From assembly GCA_963665815.1 (NCBI GenBank), contig OY762463.1:256001-320000 (forward strand): a stretch of 64,000 nt of DNA, given 5' to 3'. Source of the stretch: Candidatus Cloacimonadales bacterium (GTDB taxonomy: Bacteria; Cloacimonadota; Cloacimonadia; Cloacimonadales; JAIOQZ01). The notes under the pieces are model-generated. The model saw nothing but the letters and a program-made list of their open reading frames with translations. It was not told where the DNA came from and did no database searches. How positions within the stretch are numbered: position 1 is the stretch's first letter; each line of letters begins with the position of its first letter. The position numbers and the translations under genes were made by a program. Positions 27,261 to 38,235 of the stretch are shown piece by piece.

Positions 27261-28961
27261 ATGAAAAAAATAATATTAGCTATTTCAATATATATCGTAC
27301 TTGCATCAGCGTTTGCATGTACAATAGGAGCAGCGTCCGGTATTGCTACCGAAGACGGTCGTCCAATGATTTGGAAAACAAGAGACAGGTCGGGACATGA
27401 AGATAACTTTATCATAATGGATACATCAGGATTGTACCGTTGCGTTTACGTAACAGACGTAGGAAAACCTGATGCCTGGATGGGACTTAATGAAACAGGG
27501 TTCTGTATAATGAACTCAACTTCGAACGATCTCACAGGTTTGAGACTATGGGGAGAAGGCGATCTCATGTATGAAGCTCTTAAACATTGTTCAACGGTTG
27601 ATGATTTCCAGATTTTTCTTGAAAATACTGTTGGTATACGAAGTGTTGCAGCGAACTTTGGTGTTATGGATGCCCAGGGGGGAGCAGCAATATTTGAGAC
27701 AAGCAGTGATCATTACTGGCGTTACGATGCAGAAGCAAGTGAAAACGGCTACGTTCTGAGGACAAACCATTCAGAGCAGGGTGGAAGTACATACGGGAGA
27801 ACAAGGTTGCAGCGCTCGCATGAGCTTATAGGCAACATGTATAATACTAATACTCTCAACTATAAAAATGTGCTGCAGGTGCAGATGAGGGATTTTATGG
27901 ATGATAATCAGGATGGAGTACCGGTTCCTTATGAGGGATTCTGGGAGTCCGGTATGCCCTATGGTTTTGTTGATATATATGGAAGCATATGTGGAAGAGT
28001 AACAGTTTCTACGGCTGTTTTTCATGGTGTTAGAGATGGGGAAGATCCGCTTTTGACAACTATGTGGACAATGCTTGGGCATCCTTCGTCAACCATTGCA
28101 TTCCCGATCTGGGCAGTTGATCCACCCGATAAAGTTACCGGTGAATACAGTTCTCCAATATGCACAAAAGCAAGAGAAATCAAACCACAACTTTTCAGAG
28201 ATGGAGTTTATTCGGACAGGCACATTGATACTTACCTCTTAAGAAATGATTCCGGTACAGGCATCTGGGACGTTTTCTTTGATGCAGAAGACAGAATATT
28301 CTCTCAGACAGATTCAATTCTCTCAGTATGGAGAGACAATGGATTTACTACTTCTGAACTCTATGACTTCAGCAGTAGTATGACCGAGTATGCTTACAGT
28401 GTAATGGATTCTCTTCAGATTAACAGATCAGCAGTAGTTAAGTTTTCATCTGATAAGCTGTCTGGGTTAGCTCCATTGAAAGTCCGATTCGCAGATGAAT
28501 CACTGCACAATCCTACAGATTGGTACTGGGATTTCGACAATGATGGTAATTATGAAGCGTACAGCAAAAATCCTGAATGGACATTTAATACACCCGGAAC
28601 TTATTCTGTCAGACTGACAGTTAATAACATTGAAGGTATTTCAACCTATACAGCCGATAGTCTAATAACTGTTTTTGATTCCGGTATAATACCTGAAATT
28701 CACTTAAGTCCTAATCCGTTCAGTAAGGATGTAATTTTTAATATTAAACTACCCGATCCTTCGTATGCAAAAATAAGGATTTATAATCTGAAAGGTCAGA
28801 AAGTACATGGATTTATGTTGGAAAATGACATTCTTGATGAGATAAATTACTTGTGGGATGGTACAGATTCAAATAATATTCAGGTTGCTTCAGGGATTTA
28901 TCTTTACAAAATTGAAACGATTTCTAAAATTTTCACTGGTAAAATAATAAGAATAAAGTAA
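27261..28961 (+). CDS. Secreted Ntn-hydrolase (C45/C69-like) with PKD domain and FlgD-Ig/T9SS-like C-terminal domain
   Basis: Signal peptide ending AFA, then CT.....G..T.DGRP++WK.RD, MGLNE.G; PKD WYWDFDNDG..NP.W.F..PGTYSVRL; SPNPF...YNLKGQKV...WDG..SGIY. Confidence 0.82.
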   Translation: MKKIILAISIYIVLASAFACTIGAASGIATEDGRPMIWKTRDRSGHEDNFIIMDTSGLYRCVYVTDVGKPDAWMGLNETGFCIMNSTSNDLTGLRLWGEGDLMYEALKHCSTVDDFQIFLENTVGIRSVAANFGVMDAQGGAAIFETSSDHYWRYDAEASENGYVLRTNHSEQGGSTYGRTRLQRSHELIGNMYNTNTLNYKNVLQVQMRDFMDDNQDGVPVPYEGFWESGMPYGFVDIYGSICGRVTVSTAVFHGVRDGEDPLLTTMWTMLGHPSSTIAFPIWAVDPPDKVTGEYSSPICTKAREIKPQLFRDGVYSDRHIDTYLLRNDSGTGIWDVFFDAEDRIFSQTDSILSVWRDNGFTTSELYDFSSSMTEYAYSVMDSLQINRSAVVKFSSDKLSGLAPLKVRFADESLHNPTDWYWDFDNDGNYEAYSKNPEWTFNTPGTYSVRLTVNNIEGISTYTADSLITVFDSGIIPEIHLSPNPFSKDVIFNIKLPDPSYAKIRIYNLKGQKVHGFMLENDILDEINYLWDGTDSNNIQVASGIYLYKIETISKIFTGKIIRIK

Positions 28962-28975
28962 ATTATATATAAGAG

Positions 28976-29440
28976 ATGATTATGAAAAAAATATACATGA
29001 TATTCATTATAGCTTTTTTAAGCAGTGTTCAGTTGTTTGCAGCTATTAATCTAAACGCTTTGAAGAGAGAAGCTGCAAAGGGAGATACTATTTCAATGTA
29101 TCAATTAGGAGCTTTTTACGAAAACCTTCAGCCTGCTCCGAAATATGAGGATGCTTTATATTGGTATAGACTTGCTGCCAATAAAGGTCATGTTAAATCC
29201 GAATATAAAGTTGCCATGTTTTTTGAAACAGGTAAAGGTGTCAGAATAAATTACAGGGAGTCCTTCAAGTGGTTCAGAAAAGCCGCAGAAGAAGGATATC
29301 CTGATGCTCTGTATAAACTCGGAGTAAAATATTTTCTTGGTAAAGGTGTATCGAAAGATATTGAGAGAGCTAACGAATACCTGAAGAAAGCTTCTGATGC
29401 AGGACATCTTCAGGCAAGATCAATGCTGGGGAATTTATAG
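28976..29440 (+). CDS. Sel1-like repeat protein
   Basis: Signal peptide; WYRLAANKG, WFRKAAEEG, LG..Y..GKGV repeats. Confidence 0.9.
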   Translation: MIMKKIYMIFIIAFLSSVQLFAAINLNALKREAAKGDTISMYQLGAFYENLQPAPKYEDALYWYRLAANKGHVKSEYKVAMFFETGKGVRINYRESFKWFRKAAEEGYPDALYKLGVKYFLGKGVSKDIERANEYLKKASDAGHLQARSMLGNL

Positions 29441-30006
29441 TGAGATCAATACTTGTATTTCTTTTATTATCATACTCTTTAATTTATGCTGTAGATATCA
29501 AAAAACTTGAAAAGGAAGCCAATGCCGGAGACAGAAAAGCTCAATACAATCTTGCAGAAGCTTATTTTCACGGAGATGGTACAAAGGTTAATCATCTGCT
29601 TGCTGTTAAATGGTTCAGAATGGCTGCAACAAATGGTGATTCCGTTGCAATGAACAATCTTGGATTAATGTACGAGAAAGGACTTGGAGTAAAATCAAGC
29701 CTTGAACTTGCCTTTAAGCTTTACACAAAATCTGCAGGGAAAGAATATCCGCAAGCTCAATATAATCTTGGAAGGATTTATTATAATGGTATACCCGGAT
29801 TGCTCGAACCGGATTATGAACAGGCGTATGTTTTTTATAAAAAAGCTGCTGAAAATGATATCGCGGTTGCCCAGTATAACTTGGCAATTCTATGTTTCAA
29901 TGGTCAGGGGTGTAAAAAAGATAAGTCTATTGCAGAAAAATGGTTTAGCAAAGCTGCTGAAAACGGATATACAAAAGCTGAAGATATTTTGAAGAAATAT
30001 TATTAA
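29440..30006 (+). CDS. Sel1-like repeat protein
   Basis: Signal peptide; AQYNLA..Y..G, AMNNLGLMYEKG.GV repeats. Confidence 0.9.
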   Translation: MRSILVFLLLSYSLIYAVDIKKLEKEANAGDRKAQYNLAEAYFHGDGTKVNHLLAVKWFRMAATNGDSVAMNNLGLMYEKGLGVKSSLELAFKLYTKSAGKEYPQAQYNLGRIYYNGIPGLLEPDYEQAYVFYKKAAENDIAVAQYNLAILCFNGQGCKKDKSIAEKWFSKAAENGYTKAEDILKKYY

Positions 30007-30192
30007 TATTTTCGTTAAATCAGTTATATTTCTGTGTTGCTATTCAAACGTTGTTATCTATTAAGCAACCTTAATTTCATTCAAGTTTAAATATTGACAT
30101 TGTGAAACTTCGATAATCTCAAATTTTCAAACTTTTAGTTGGCAAAAACACATCTTAATTTATTTTTTACATAACATTAAGAGAGGAAAAGA

Positions 30193-30549
30193 ATGAATAT
30201 GAATGATAAACCAAAATTCAGTCAAGATGAAATGTACATGTTGCTGAGAGAAGGTAAAATTGCAGAATTTAATGAAGCACGAAGAAAAGGTAAACCGGTA
30301 AACCTGAAAGGAACTAATCTCAGGATGCTTGATTTACGAGGTTTGAATGCTGATGGACTTGATTTGTCAGACACATATTTACGACAATGTGATTTAAGAG
30401 GTTTAGACTTAACTAATACTAATCTTGAAGGAGCGAGTATACACGGAGCCCATATTTCAGGCGCATACTTTCCTAAATCTGTTAGTTCTTCCGAGTTAAG
30501 ACTGTCTCTTGATCATGGAACACGACTACGCTATCGGGATGGTTTATAA
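30193..30549 (+). CDS. Pentapeptide repeat protein
   Basis: NLKGT NLRML DLRGL ... DLSDT YLRQC DLRGL DLTNT NLEGA; GAGG SD. Confidence 0.9.
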   Translation: MNMNDKPKFSQDEMYMLLREGKIAEFNEARRKGKPVNLKGTNLRMLDLRGLNADGLDLSDTYLRQCDLRGLDLTNTNLEGASIHGAHISGAYFPKSVSSSELRLSLDHGTRLRYRDGL

Positions 30550-30551
30550 AT

Positions 30552-31844
30552 ATGAATCTTTTCAATCACCTTAAAGGTGTATTGATTCAGCTTCAAATAC
30601 TTTACTTCGACATGGCTTCTTATCTTCTCTTTGGCTTAATTGTTGTCGGAGTTCTTCATTTATTTTTTAAACGAGAACTTATACTCAGATTTCTTGGCGG
30701 AAATCATTACAAAGCATCAGTAAATGCTTGTTTGTTAGGAGTACCTTTACCATTGTGCTCCTGTGGAGTAATCCCTACAAGTGTTTATCTGTCAAAAAAC
30801 GGAGCATCCAAAAGTGCAGTACTTGCCTTTCTGGTTTCTACTCCGCAGACAGGTGTAGACAGTATTATGGCTACATTTGGAACCCTTGGGCCTGTATTTG
30901 CAGTATTCAGACCTTTTGCTGCCTTTATTATGGGGGTGGTGACAGGTATTTTTACAGAACTTTTCAACCGAAAGGATGATGTAATATTTGATTCTGATGA
31001 ACCTGAAACTTGCTCTGGTGATTCTTGCAATGGTGAATCCTGTTCAACGGAACATCACGAGGAAAAGCCGGTAAACAGATTCAAGTACATGATGAATTAT
31101 GCTTTTGGTGAGTTTCTGGATGATATATCTATCCATTTTATTGTTGGATTAATAATTGCAGCATTGATCTCATTTTACATTCCGGATAACTTTTTTGCAG
31201 AGACATCTATAAATTCAGGTTTACTGGGAATGATTGTTGTAATTCTTATAGGTGTGCCTATGTATATCTGTGCTACCAGCTCAATACCTATTGCAGTAGC
31301 CTTAATAATGAAAGGATTTTCACCCGGAGTAGCTTTTGTTTTTCTTACGGTAGGTCCAGCTACAAATGCAGCGACAATAGCAATTTTATTCAAGGCAATA
31401 GGAAAAAAGAACACATTGATTTATCTGGCTTCCATAATAGCCGGTTCAGTAATCTTTGCCTTGCTTTTCGATTTATTCTTAAACACATTTGATATCTCAG
31501 TTAAAGAAGTTGTGCATCAACATTATCATGAAGCTGGCAATAATGTCATTAAGGTAATTGGTGGAATTGTATTCGGACTTCTTCTATTGAGATCTGTTTA
31601 TACAAACCTAAAACACAGATTTTCACGGAAAGAGGTAAAAGTGGAAGAAAAAGCTAAAACAATTGTTGTACACGGAATGTCCTGTAATCATTGTGCAAAG
31701 ACTGTGCAGGATGCTGTAATGAAATTACACAATGTTAAAGATGTGCAGGTTGATCTACAACATAATCATGTACATGTTGATGGCGATGTTGACCTGAAAG
31801 AAGTCAAAAATGCAATCGAAAGTGCAGGATATACAACTGAATAA
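30552..31844 (+). CDS. SO_0444/ArsP-type metal permease with C-terminal HMA domain
   Basis: PLCSCGVIP, STPQTGVDS, PMYICATSSIP, GPATN; Cys/His loop; GMSCNHC. Confidence 0.88.
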   Translation: MNLFNHLKGVLIQLQILYFDMASYLLFGLIVVGVLHLFFKRELILRFLGGNHYKASVNACLLGVPLPLCSCGVIPTSVYLSKNGASKSAVLAFLVSTPQTGVDSIMATFGTLGPVFAVFRPFAAFIMGVVTGIFTELFNRKDDVIFDSDEPETCSGDSCNGESCSTEHHEEKPVNRFKYMMNYAFGEFLDDISIHFIVGLIIAALISFYIPDNFFAETSINSGLLGMIVVILIGVPMYICATSSIPIAVALIMKGFSPGVAFVFLTVGPATNAATIAILFKAIGKKNTLIYLASIIAGSVIFALLFDLFLNTFDISVKEVVHQHYHEAGNNVIKVIGGIVFGLLLLRSVYTNLKHRFSRKEVKVEEKAKTIVVHGMSCNHCAKTVQDAVMKLHNVKDVQVDLQHNHVHVDGDVDLKEVKNAIESAGYTTE

Positions 31845-32676
31845 CACAAGAAAAGCCAATATAGTTTATTTCTCTGCTACAGGAAATACTCTTAAGATTG
31901 TTAAGGAAGCAGAGCAATTTTTACATTCAACTGGTTATGAAGTTATTGTCAATTCTTTTGGCAGTAACTTCATTCCATCTTTCAAGGATACAGCTCTCCT
32001 TATTATTTTTTTCCCTGTAGTATATGGAACGACATACAGATTCATCTTTAATAACCTTTTAAAGCTTCCTGAAGCAAAATCCTTGAAAACAATTACCGCA
32101 TGTACTTATGGAGGATATGCTCCGGGATTGATGGAAACTGTAAATGGAATTTTGTCTTCAAAGGGTTATTATATACTGCAGAGCCATAAATTGAAAACTG
32201 CTTCCATATTCAAGAAACAAGATATATCTGAAGATGATCTAAGATTAGTTGATGAATGTAGCAGATTTTTATGCAATTCTTTGCAAGAAGTTGTAAGTAT
32301 AAGATATACAGTAAGCTCAAAGGATAGTTGTTCAGATTCTGAATATTCAGAAGACATTGAACTATGGGAAAACCTGCATAAAAGTATATCAATTGATATT
32401 GATAGAGATAAATGTATAAAATGCGGTAAATGTATTGAGCTTTGTCCTACTGCCAGCATTGAAAATCGAAGTTTTAACATAAATTTTCAGGGATGCGATC
32501 TCTGCTTCAGGTGTTTTCTGTACTGTCCTGTTAATGCATTTTCCATTAAGGGACTTGACATTTTTAGAAACACATTGTTTACAGGTAATGAAATAAATTA
32601 TTCCTATGGATATACCAATGAAGACAAAAAAGAAGCAAAGCAAAGTAAAAAAGAAACACAAAAGATCACCATTTGA
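31810..32676 (+). CDS. EFR1-type flavodoxin-ferredoxin fusion
   Basis: YFSATGNT, FPV; CIKCGKCIELCP and CDLCFRCFLYCP; start uncertain. Confidence 0.8.
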   Translation: MQSKVQDIQLNNTRKANIVYFSATGNTLKIVKEAEQFLHSTGYEVIVNSFGSNFIPSFKDTALLIIFFPVVYGTTYRFIFNNLLKLPEAKSLKTITACTYGGYAPGLMETVNGILSSKGYYILQSHKLKTASIFKKQDISEDDLRLVDECSRFLCNSLQEVVSIRYTVSSKDSCSDSEYSEDIELWENLHKSISIDIDRDKCIKCGKCIELCPTASIENRSFNINFQGCDLCFRCFLYCPVNAFSIKGLDIFRNTLFTGNEINYSYGYTNEDKKEAKQSKKETQKITI

Positions 32677-32950
32677 CGTATTTGAGAAGTTTAAGATAAT
32701 CAGGTTCTTCAGAAGTTATGGATATACAGATAAAAATAATACAGTTGAGCTGAATGATCTTAAGGATTTCAAAGGCTATGTGCTGAAAGTACTGATCCAG
32801 AAAGAAATTTTGAACACTAAAGATGGAAGACACTATTATATGAGAGAAAAAGCGGCTAATGCGTTTGTTAAGAAAAGAATGAATGCTTTTATCAAATTCT
32901 CAGCCGGATTGATATTCTTTGTGACTATATTAATATGGGCAATGAAGTAA
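32618..32950 (+). CDS. Hypothetical basic protein with C-terminal TM helix
   Basis: Fills the gap between overlapping operon genes; hydrophobic C-terminus. Confidence 0.6.
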   Translation: MKTKKKQSKVKKKHKRSPFDVFEKFKIIRFFRSYGYTDKNNTVELNDLKDFKGYVLKVLIQKEILNTKDGRHYYMREKAANAFVKKRMNAFIKFSAGLIFFVTILIWAMK

Positions 32951-34032
32951 AGAAAATCCTGACAGGTCTGCTTCTTCTGCAGATTTTATTTCAGTTTGTA
33001 TCTTTACATGCAGCTGAAGATGAAAATGAGTTAAAGAAGACAATAGTCCCGGTCCTAATGTATTCTAACAGTGCAGGTTTGGGAAGTGGAGCTTATGTTA
33101 TGCTCAGAAGAAACTATAAAAAAACTTTCAAATTGGATAAATATTCTTTAGCAGGGATTTTCACTACAGAAAAGCAGATAATGACATTTGCTTCTCTTGA
33201 TAAGTATATCATGCAAAGCTTCAAGATGAAGGCAAGAATTTCATACAGAGATAAGCCTTCTACAATATACTTGCCCGGACATAATTCAACGTTTACAGAC
33301 CATGCTGATTACAATTTGCAGGAGTTCAGTATATCTTTGTATCCTACGATAGAAAAAGGTATATTTGAAGTTGGTCCAGCTGTTAACTATTCCTTGTTTG
33401 ATATTTCGGAAAGAGAAGAAGATAGAGAATATATCTTTGACTGTATAGATGGTTCCGATGATTATGTATTGTTTGGATATGGAACAAGAATATCAGCGGA
33501 CACAAGAGATAATGATAATTACCCTTTAACCGGATATTATTGGGAAACTGAATTTTTGAATTTTGATAAATCGCTTTATGGTGATTTTAGTTTTCAAGTT
33601 TTTGAATCTGATCTCAGGTATTTCTTTAATATCTCAGGAATTGTAATTGCTTCACAGTATTACTCCAAATTGACCTGGGGAGAAACTCCTGTACATAAAA
33701 TGCCGTCAATGGGATCAAATGATATCATGCGAGGTATATCGTCAAAAAGATATAAAGATATGGATATGATGGTTTTTCAATCAGAAATTAGATATCCGCT
33801 TTTCAGAAAATTTTCAGGAACGATTTTTGCAGGAATAGGGAACGTTGCTTCAAAAATTGAAAACCTTGAGATAGGAACATTGAAAGTCGCTTTTGGAATG
33901 GGATTACGTTATGCTGTTTCTTCTGACGATCGATTAAACCTTCGTCTTGATATGGGTTCTAATAATAGAGTTTCAAGCAATAAAGATGATGATTTGTTCA
34001 ATATCTATTTTTCAATAGGTGAAGCTTTTTAA
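32935..34032 (+). CDS. Omp85/BamA-TamA family beta-barrel without POTRA domains
   Basis: Signal peptide; ADTRD...P..G, MRG....RY.D, EIRYP, G.GLRY, LRLD, C-terminal SIGEAF. Confidence 0.85.
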   Translation: MGNEVKKILTGLLLLQILFQFVSLHAAEDENELKKTIVPVLMYSNSAGLGSGAYVMLRRNYKKTFKLDKYSLAGIFTTEKQIMTFASLDKYIMQSFKMKARISYRDKPSTIYLPGHNSTFTDHADYNLQEFSISLYPTIEKGIFEVGPAVNYSLFDISEREEDREYIFDCIDGSDDYVLFGYGTRISADTRDNDNYPLTGYYWETEFLNFDKSLYGDFSFQVFESDLRYFFNISGIVIASQYYSKLTWGETPVHKMPSMGSNDIMRGISSKRYKDMDMMVFQSEIRYPLFRKFSGTIFAGIGNVASKIENLEIGTLKVAFGMGLRYAVSSDDRLNLRLDMGSNNRVSSNKDDDLFNIYFSIGEAF

Positions 34033-34064
34033 ATGTTTATATAAACTAAAATCTTGGTATATTT

Positions 34065-37000
34065 ATGAAAAAACAGGAAGCCGTAGAAAAGAAGTTCATT
34101 AGTCTGCAGACAAAATTCAGCTTACAGGCAGCAATGATCACAATTATTGTTGCAGCAATAATTACTGCCAGTCTGTACCTTAATACAAGGTATCAGTTTC
34201 GTAAGGATGTATGGGAACGTCTGCATGATGTAACTGCCGTGGCTTCTATGCATATTGTACCAGATGATTTCAAGTCAATTATGCACCCCAAGCAGGAGTT
34301 AACTCATTACAACCATGTAAAAAACAAGTTAAGTGAGCTGGAAAAAGCCGGAACGGAAATTAACTCTGTGTATCTGATAAAAGTAAAGGAAAGTACTTTA
34401 TACTATGTAATCAGCGATTCTATTGAAGCATTACAGAGATCTCATTTAAGTGGAAAGAGAGATATTGAATACAAGATATGGAAGCATTTCTCAGAAACAC
34501 ACGAAACTGACATAAAGAACTACTTTTTTAATGATGCTGCCGGTGCCTGGCTAACGGGTTATGCAGCAATTACGAAGGGTGAAAAACTAATAGGACTGTT
34601 TGCAATAGAACTTGATGCTCATGAGATTATTATGAGAGAAAAGAAAATTATCTTTATTGCTCTGTTTATATTTGCCTGTACAATTCCTTTATCGTTGTTT
34701 CTTGGTTGGTATAGAGGAAAAAAACTTACAGCTCCTTTAACAATGCTCAGGGAATCTGCAGAAAATATATCCAAGCATCATATTGAGGAGGTAGAAGCTA
34801 TTGAGTCAAATGACGAGATAGGGGAGCTTTCTTCTGCCTTTCAGATGATGGCAAAACAGTTAAAGCTGAGTTTTGAGAAAATTGAGAATCAGAATAGATT
34901 TTTGCGTCAGGAAATTGACGAAAGGAAAATGGTAGAGTCGCAACTTAAAGAATATCGGGCAAAACTGGAAAATCTGGTTGAGCGAAGAACTGCCGATTTG
35001 ATGGAAAATCAAAGAATATTGTCAACTCTGCTCTCTAACCTTCAGGGTATAGCGTACAGAAGAAATATGGATGAAAACTGGACAATGCTTTTTACAAGTG
35101 AAGGTTTGTATTATGTCACGGGGTATTCACCTGAAGAAATGGTAGGTGGAAAAGGAATGTCATTTAAATCTATTATTCTTGATGAGGATTTACCGGAACT
35201 TGAAAAAAAAATTATTAAAGCTGTTGAAAATAATCTTCCATTTGAACATAATTATCGAGTAAAAACTAAAGATAATCAGATTGTCTGGGTATGGGAACAG
35301 GGAAGAGCTATATATGACGACTCAGGTAAAGTCAGAACAATTGAAGGTTTTATTACGGATATCAATGATTTGAAAAAAGCAGAGGATGCTTTGATAGATT
35401 CAGAAAAGAAATACAGAATTCTTGTTGAGGATATCAATGATGTAATCTTCTCTATTGATTCGGATACAGCATTAACATACATCAGTCCTCACTTCAAAAT
35501 ATTGACCGGAGTTGATCCTGCTAACGCTATAGGCTACAGATTAACAGAGTTTGTTTATGAAGAAGATTTACCTATTTTGATGGAAACAATTGAAGAAACC
35601 CTTTACGGAGAGCTCAATGCTGATACTGAGTTCAGGATAAAGACAGTTAAAGGTGATCCTATATGGATTCATTTCCGTGGAAGGAATGAAATTGCTGATG
35701 GTAAATTTGAAGGAATGCGTGGAGTTTTCTCAGATATCTCTGAACGGAAACAGGTTGAAGAGGATCTCAGGCATGCTAAAGAAGAGGCTGATGAAGCAAA
35801 TAGAACAAAAAGTATATTCCTGGCAAATATGAGTCATGAGATTAGAACACCTATGAATGCAATTCTTGGTTTCACGGAGGTTCTTGAAGGAAAAATTAAA
35901 GATGAGACTCAGCTTGGTTACTTGAAGTCTATTTCTGCCAGCGGTAAAAATCTGTTGGGATTGATTAATGATATTCTGGACCTCTCAAAGATTGAAGTCG
36001 GTAAAATTGTACTGAATTATGATGTTCTTCATATTGAAACGTTAATGGAAGAACTCAAACAGATTTTCAAATGGAAGATAGAACAGAAAGAACTTGAATA
36101 TATATACGAAAAACAGGATAGCGTTCCGGAATCAATATTCTTTGATGAAATCAGATTAAGACAAATTCTTATGAATCTCATTGGAAATGCCATTAAGTTT
36201 ACTGATGTGGGGCATATTAAAATATCATTATCTACTGAACAGAAGAGAGAAAAGCGTTGTAAGCTGGTATTTGAAATAATTGATACAGGGATTGGAATTG
36301 AAGAGAACCAGCATTCCAGAATTTTTGAAGCTTTCAGACAGAAATCAGGACAGAATGAAGCAAAATATGGAGGAACCGGATTAGGTTTATCTATCACTAA
36401 GAAATTAGTTGAGTTGATGGGTGGAACAATTTCTCTGACAAGTCAAGTCAATGAAGGAAGCTGTTTCAGAATAGAGTTTCCTGATGTAGAAATGAGAGAT
36501 AATAATGTCGTTAAGACAAAGACCAATGTTGATCCATCAATGATAGAGTTTGAAGAGGCTACTATTCTTATTGTTGATGATGTTGAACTTAACAGATCTC
36601 TTATTATGAGTTTACTGGAGAAGCATCATTTCAAGATGCTGGAAGCAACCAATGGTAAAGAGGCAATAGAAAAAGCTTTTGATTATAAACCTGATTTAAT
36701 ATTCATGGATATGAAAATGAACATTATGAATGGTTATGAAGCAACTAAGTTCATAAAAGATGATGATGAACTTAAGAATATTCCGGTTGTTGCTGTAACA
36801 GCTTTTGCTATGAAGGGTGAAGAAAAAAGAATCTATGATGTAGGATGCGATGACATCATTTTTAAGCCTGTGTCAAATCTTGGATTGATTCTTGCTATGA
36901 TGAAGTATATTCCTTATACTGAAATTGATACGATAATTGAGGAAGATGTCAGCAATGCCGATATCAATGAAGAAATTTCAAAAGAAGTATTGGAGAAACT

Positions 37001-37268
37001 ACCTGAACTTGTTAAAATGATTAATTCCGATTTAATGAAAGATTGGGAAAGTCTCAACCAGACTCCAATAATCAGTAAAATGCAGGAGTTTGCCGGAAAG
37101 ATTCAGCTTGTCGGAGAAGATTATGGTCTTGCTTTTCTGAAGAAATGGGGAGATACTCTCGTTAATCAGGCTCAGAACTTCGATGTTGAGAATCTGCATA
37201 AAACTTTCGATAAGTTTCCTGATATGATTCAGAAAATAAAAGTTTTAAGTTTAATTAGTGATTCTTAG
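34065..37268 (+). CDS. Hybrid sensor histidine kinase (TM-sensor-TM-HAMP-2xPAS-HisKA-HATPase-REC)
   Basis: SNDEIGEL (HAMP), FLANMSHEIRTPMN, NLIGNAIKFT, DTGIGI, GGTGLGL, FMDMKM. Confidence 0.95.
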   Translation: MKKQEAVEKKFISLQTKFSLQAAMITIIVAAIITASLYLNTRYQFRKDVWERLHDVTAVASMHIVPDDFKSIMHPKQELTHYNHVKNKLSELEKAGTEINSVYLIKVKESTLYYVISDSIEALQRSHLSGKRDIEYKIWKHFSETHETDIKNYFFNDAAGAWLTGYAAITKGEKLIGLFAIELDAHEIIMREKKIIFIALFIFACTIPLSLFLGWYRGKKLTAPLTMLRESAENISKHHIEEVEAIESNDEIGELSSAFQMMAKQLKLSFEKIENQNRFLRQEIDERKMVESQLKEYRAKLENLVERRTADLMENQRILSTLLSNLQGIAYRRNMDENWTMLFTSEGLYYVTGYSPEEMVGGKGMSFKSIILDEDLPELEKKIIKAVENNLPFEHNYRVKTKDNQIVWVWEQGRAIYDDSGKVRTIEGFITDINDLKKAEDALIDSEKKYRILVEDINDVIFSIDSDTALTYISPHFKILTGVDPANAIGYRLTEFVYEEDLPILMETIEETLYGELNADTEFRIKTVKGDPIWIHFRGRNEIADGKFEGMRGVFSDISERKQVEEDLRHAKEEADEANRTKSIFLANMSHEIRTPMNAILGFTEVLEGKIKDETQLGYLKSISASGKNLLGLINDILDLSKIEVGKIVLNYDVLHIETLMEELKQIFKWKIEQKELEYIYEKQDSVPESIFFDEIRLRQILMNLIGNAIKFTDVGHIKISLSTEQKREKRCKLVFEIIDTGIGIEENQHSRIFEAFRQKSGQNEAKYGGTGLGLSITKKLVELMGGTISLTSQVNEGSCFRIEFPDVEMRDNNVVKTKTNVDPSMIEFEEATILIVDDVELNRSLIMSLLEKHHFKMLEATNGKEAIEKAFDYKPDLIFMDMKMNIMNGYEATKFIKDDDELKNIPVVAVTAFAMKGEEKRIYDVGCDDIIFKPVSNLGLILAMMKYIPYTEIDTIIEEDVSNADINEEISKEVLEKLPELVKMINSDLMKDWESLNQTPIISKMQEFAGKIQLVGEDYGLAFLKKWGDTLVNQAQNFDVENLHKTFDKFPDMIQKIKVLSLISDS

Positions 37269-37278
37269 AAGGATAATA

Positions 37279-38223
37279 ATGAAGAAAATATTTTTTATTT
37301 TGTTTGCCGTTTTTACTCTGTTTTCCTGCAAAAATACCATAACAGGTAATATTGTGGATGGAGAAGGTAAGCTTCATTTTGTAACTGAATACAACAATGG
37401 AAACTACTTCGATAAAGTAGCCATAAGTGATGAGTATATTCTGGCTAATGATTCAGGGGACGGATTGTCACTGTTTTACGAACCTAATTCATCATCTATT
37501 TCATTTCTCCATAAACTGTATGCTGATGCAGAGTCTGTTTTTTTCTTTGAGAACAGGTTTGTTGTATATTATAGTGGAGCACTTCATTATTACGAAATAA
37601 ACAGCTCAAATGATTCTGAATACATTACATCATATCCAATAGGAAGTATCAAGAAAGTGGAAAAATATGGAAATGACTTTTTTCTTCTTGGAACTAATGG
37701 GGATATCAGCAGAATACGTCTCTATGATGAAGAGTTTACTCTTATTTCTGAATATCCAATGTCTGATGCTGCTGTTGATATGGTTCTGATATATCCTGTT
37801 CTGGCAGTTGTTGATGATTTCTTCATTAACATTTTTGATATTTCAAATTCTGATTTCCTGAACCTTGAGCATACAACTGCTTTTATAGGAGCAAAAGCCA
37901 TAGATGGATACAATGATAACTTATTCATTGCATCTGATATTGGTATTAAGCATTTTACACTGAATGATGATCAGGTACTTCAGGAAGTTAAAACTAAGGT
38001 TATCGGAAACAACTATACAAAGATCATTGTAGAATATCCTGAGATATATTGTGCTAACGGTTCCGGTGGAATTGATCTGCTCACAATCACATCTGGGTCA
38101 ATAGATTTTGTAGAAACATATGATTCAAGCGGAATTGTAGAGGATATTGCAGTAAAGGGAAGCTATGTATATATGGCAACCGGATATAATGGCATAGTAA
38201 AACTTAAATATAACTATTATTAG
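37279..38223 (+). CDS. LVIVD-repeat-like beta-propeller lipoprotein
   Basis: Lipobox LFSC; DIAVKGSYVYMATGYNGI-type blades. Confidence 0.7.
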   Translation: MKKIFFILFAVFTLFSCKNTITGNIVDGEGKLHFVTEYNNGNYFDKVAISDEYILANDSGDGLSLFYEPNSSSISFLHKLYADAESVFFFENRFVVYYSGALHYYEINSSNDSEYITSYPIGSIKKVEKYGNDFFLLGTNGDISRIRLYDEEFTLISEYPMSDAAVDMVLIYPVLAVVDDFFINIFDISNSDFLNLEHTTAFIGAKAIDGYNDNLFIASDIGIKHFTLNDDQVLQEVKTKVIGNNYTKIIVEYPEIYCANGSGGIDLLTITSGSIDFVETYDSSGIVEDIAVKGSYVYMATGYNGIVKLKYNYY

Positions 38224-38235
38224 AAAGGTAAAAGC

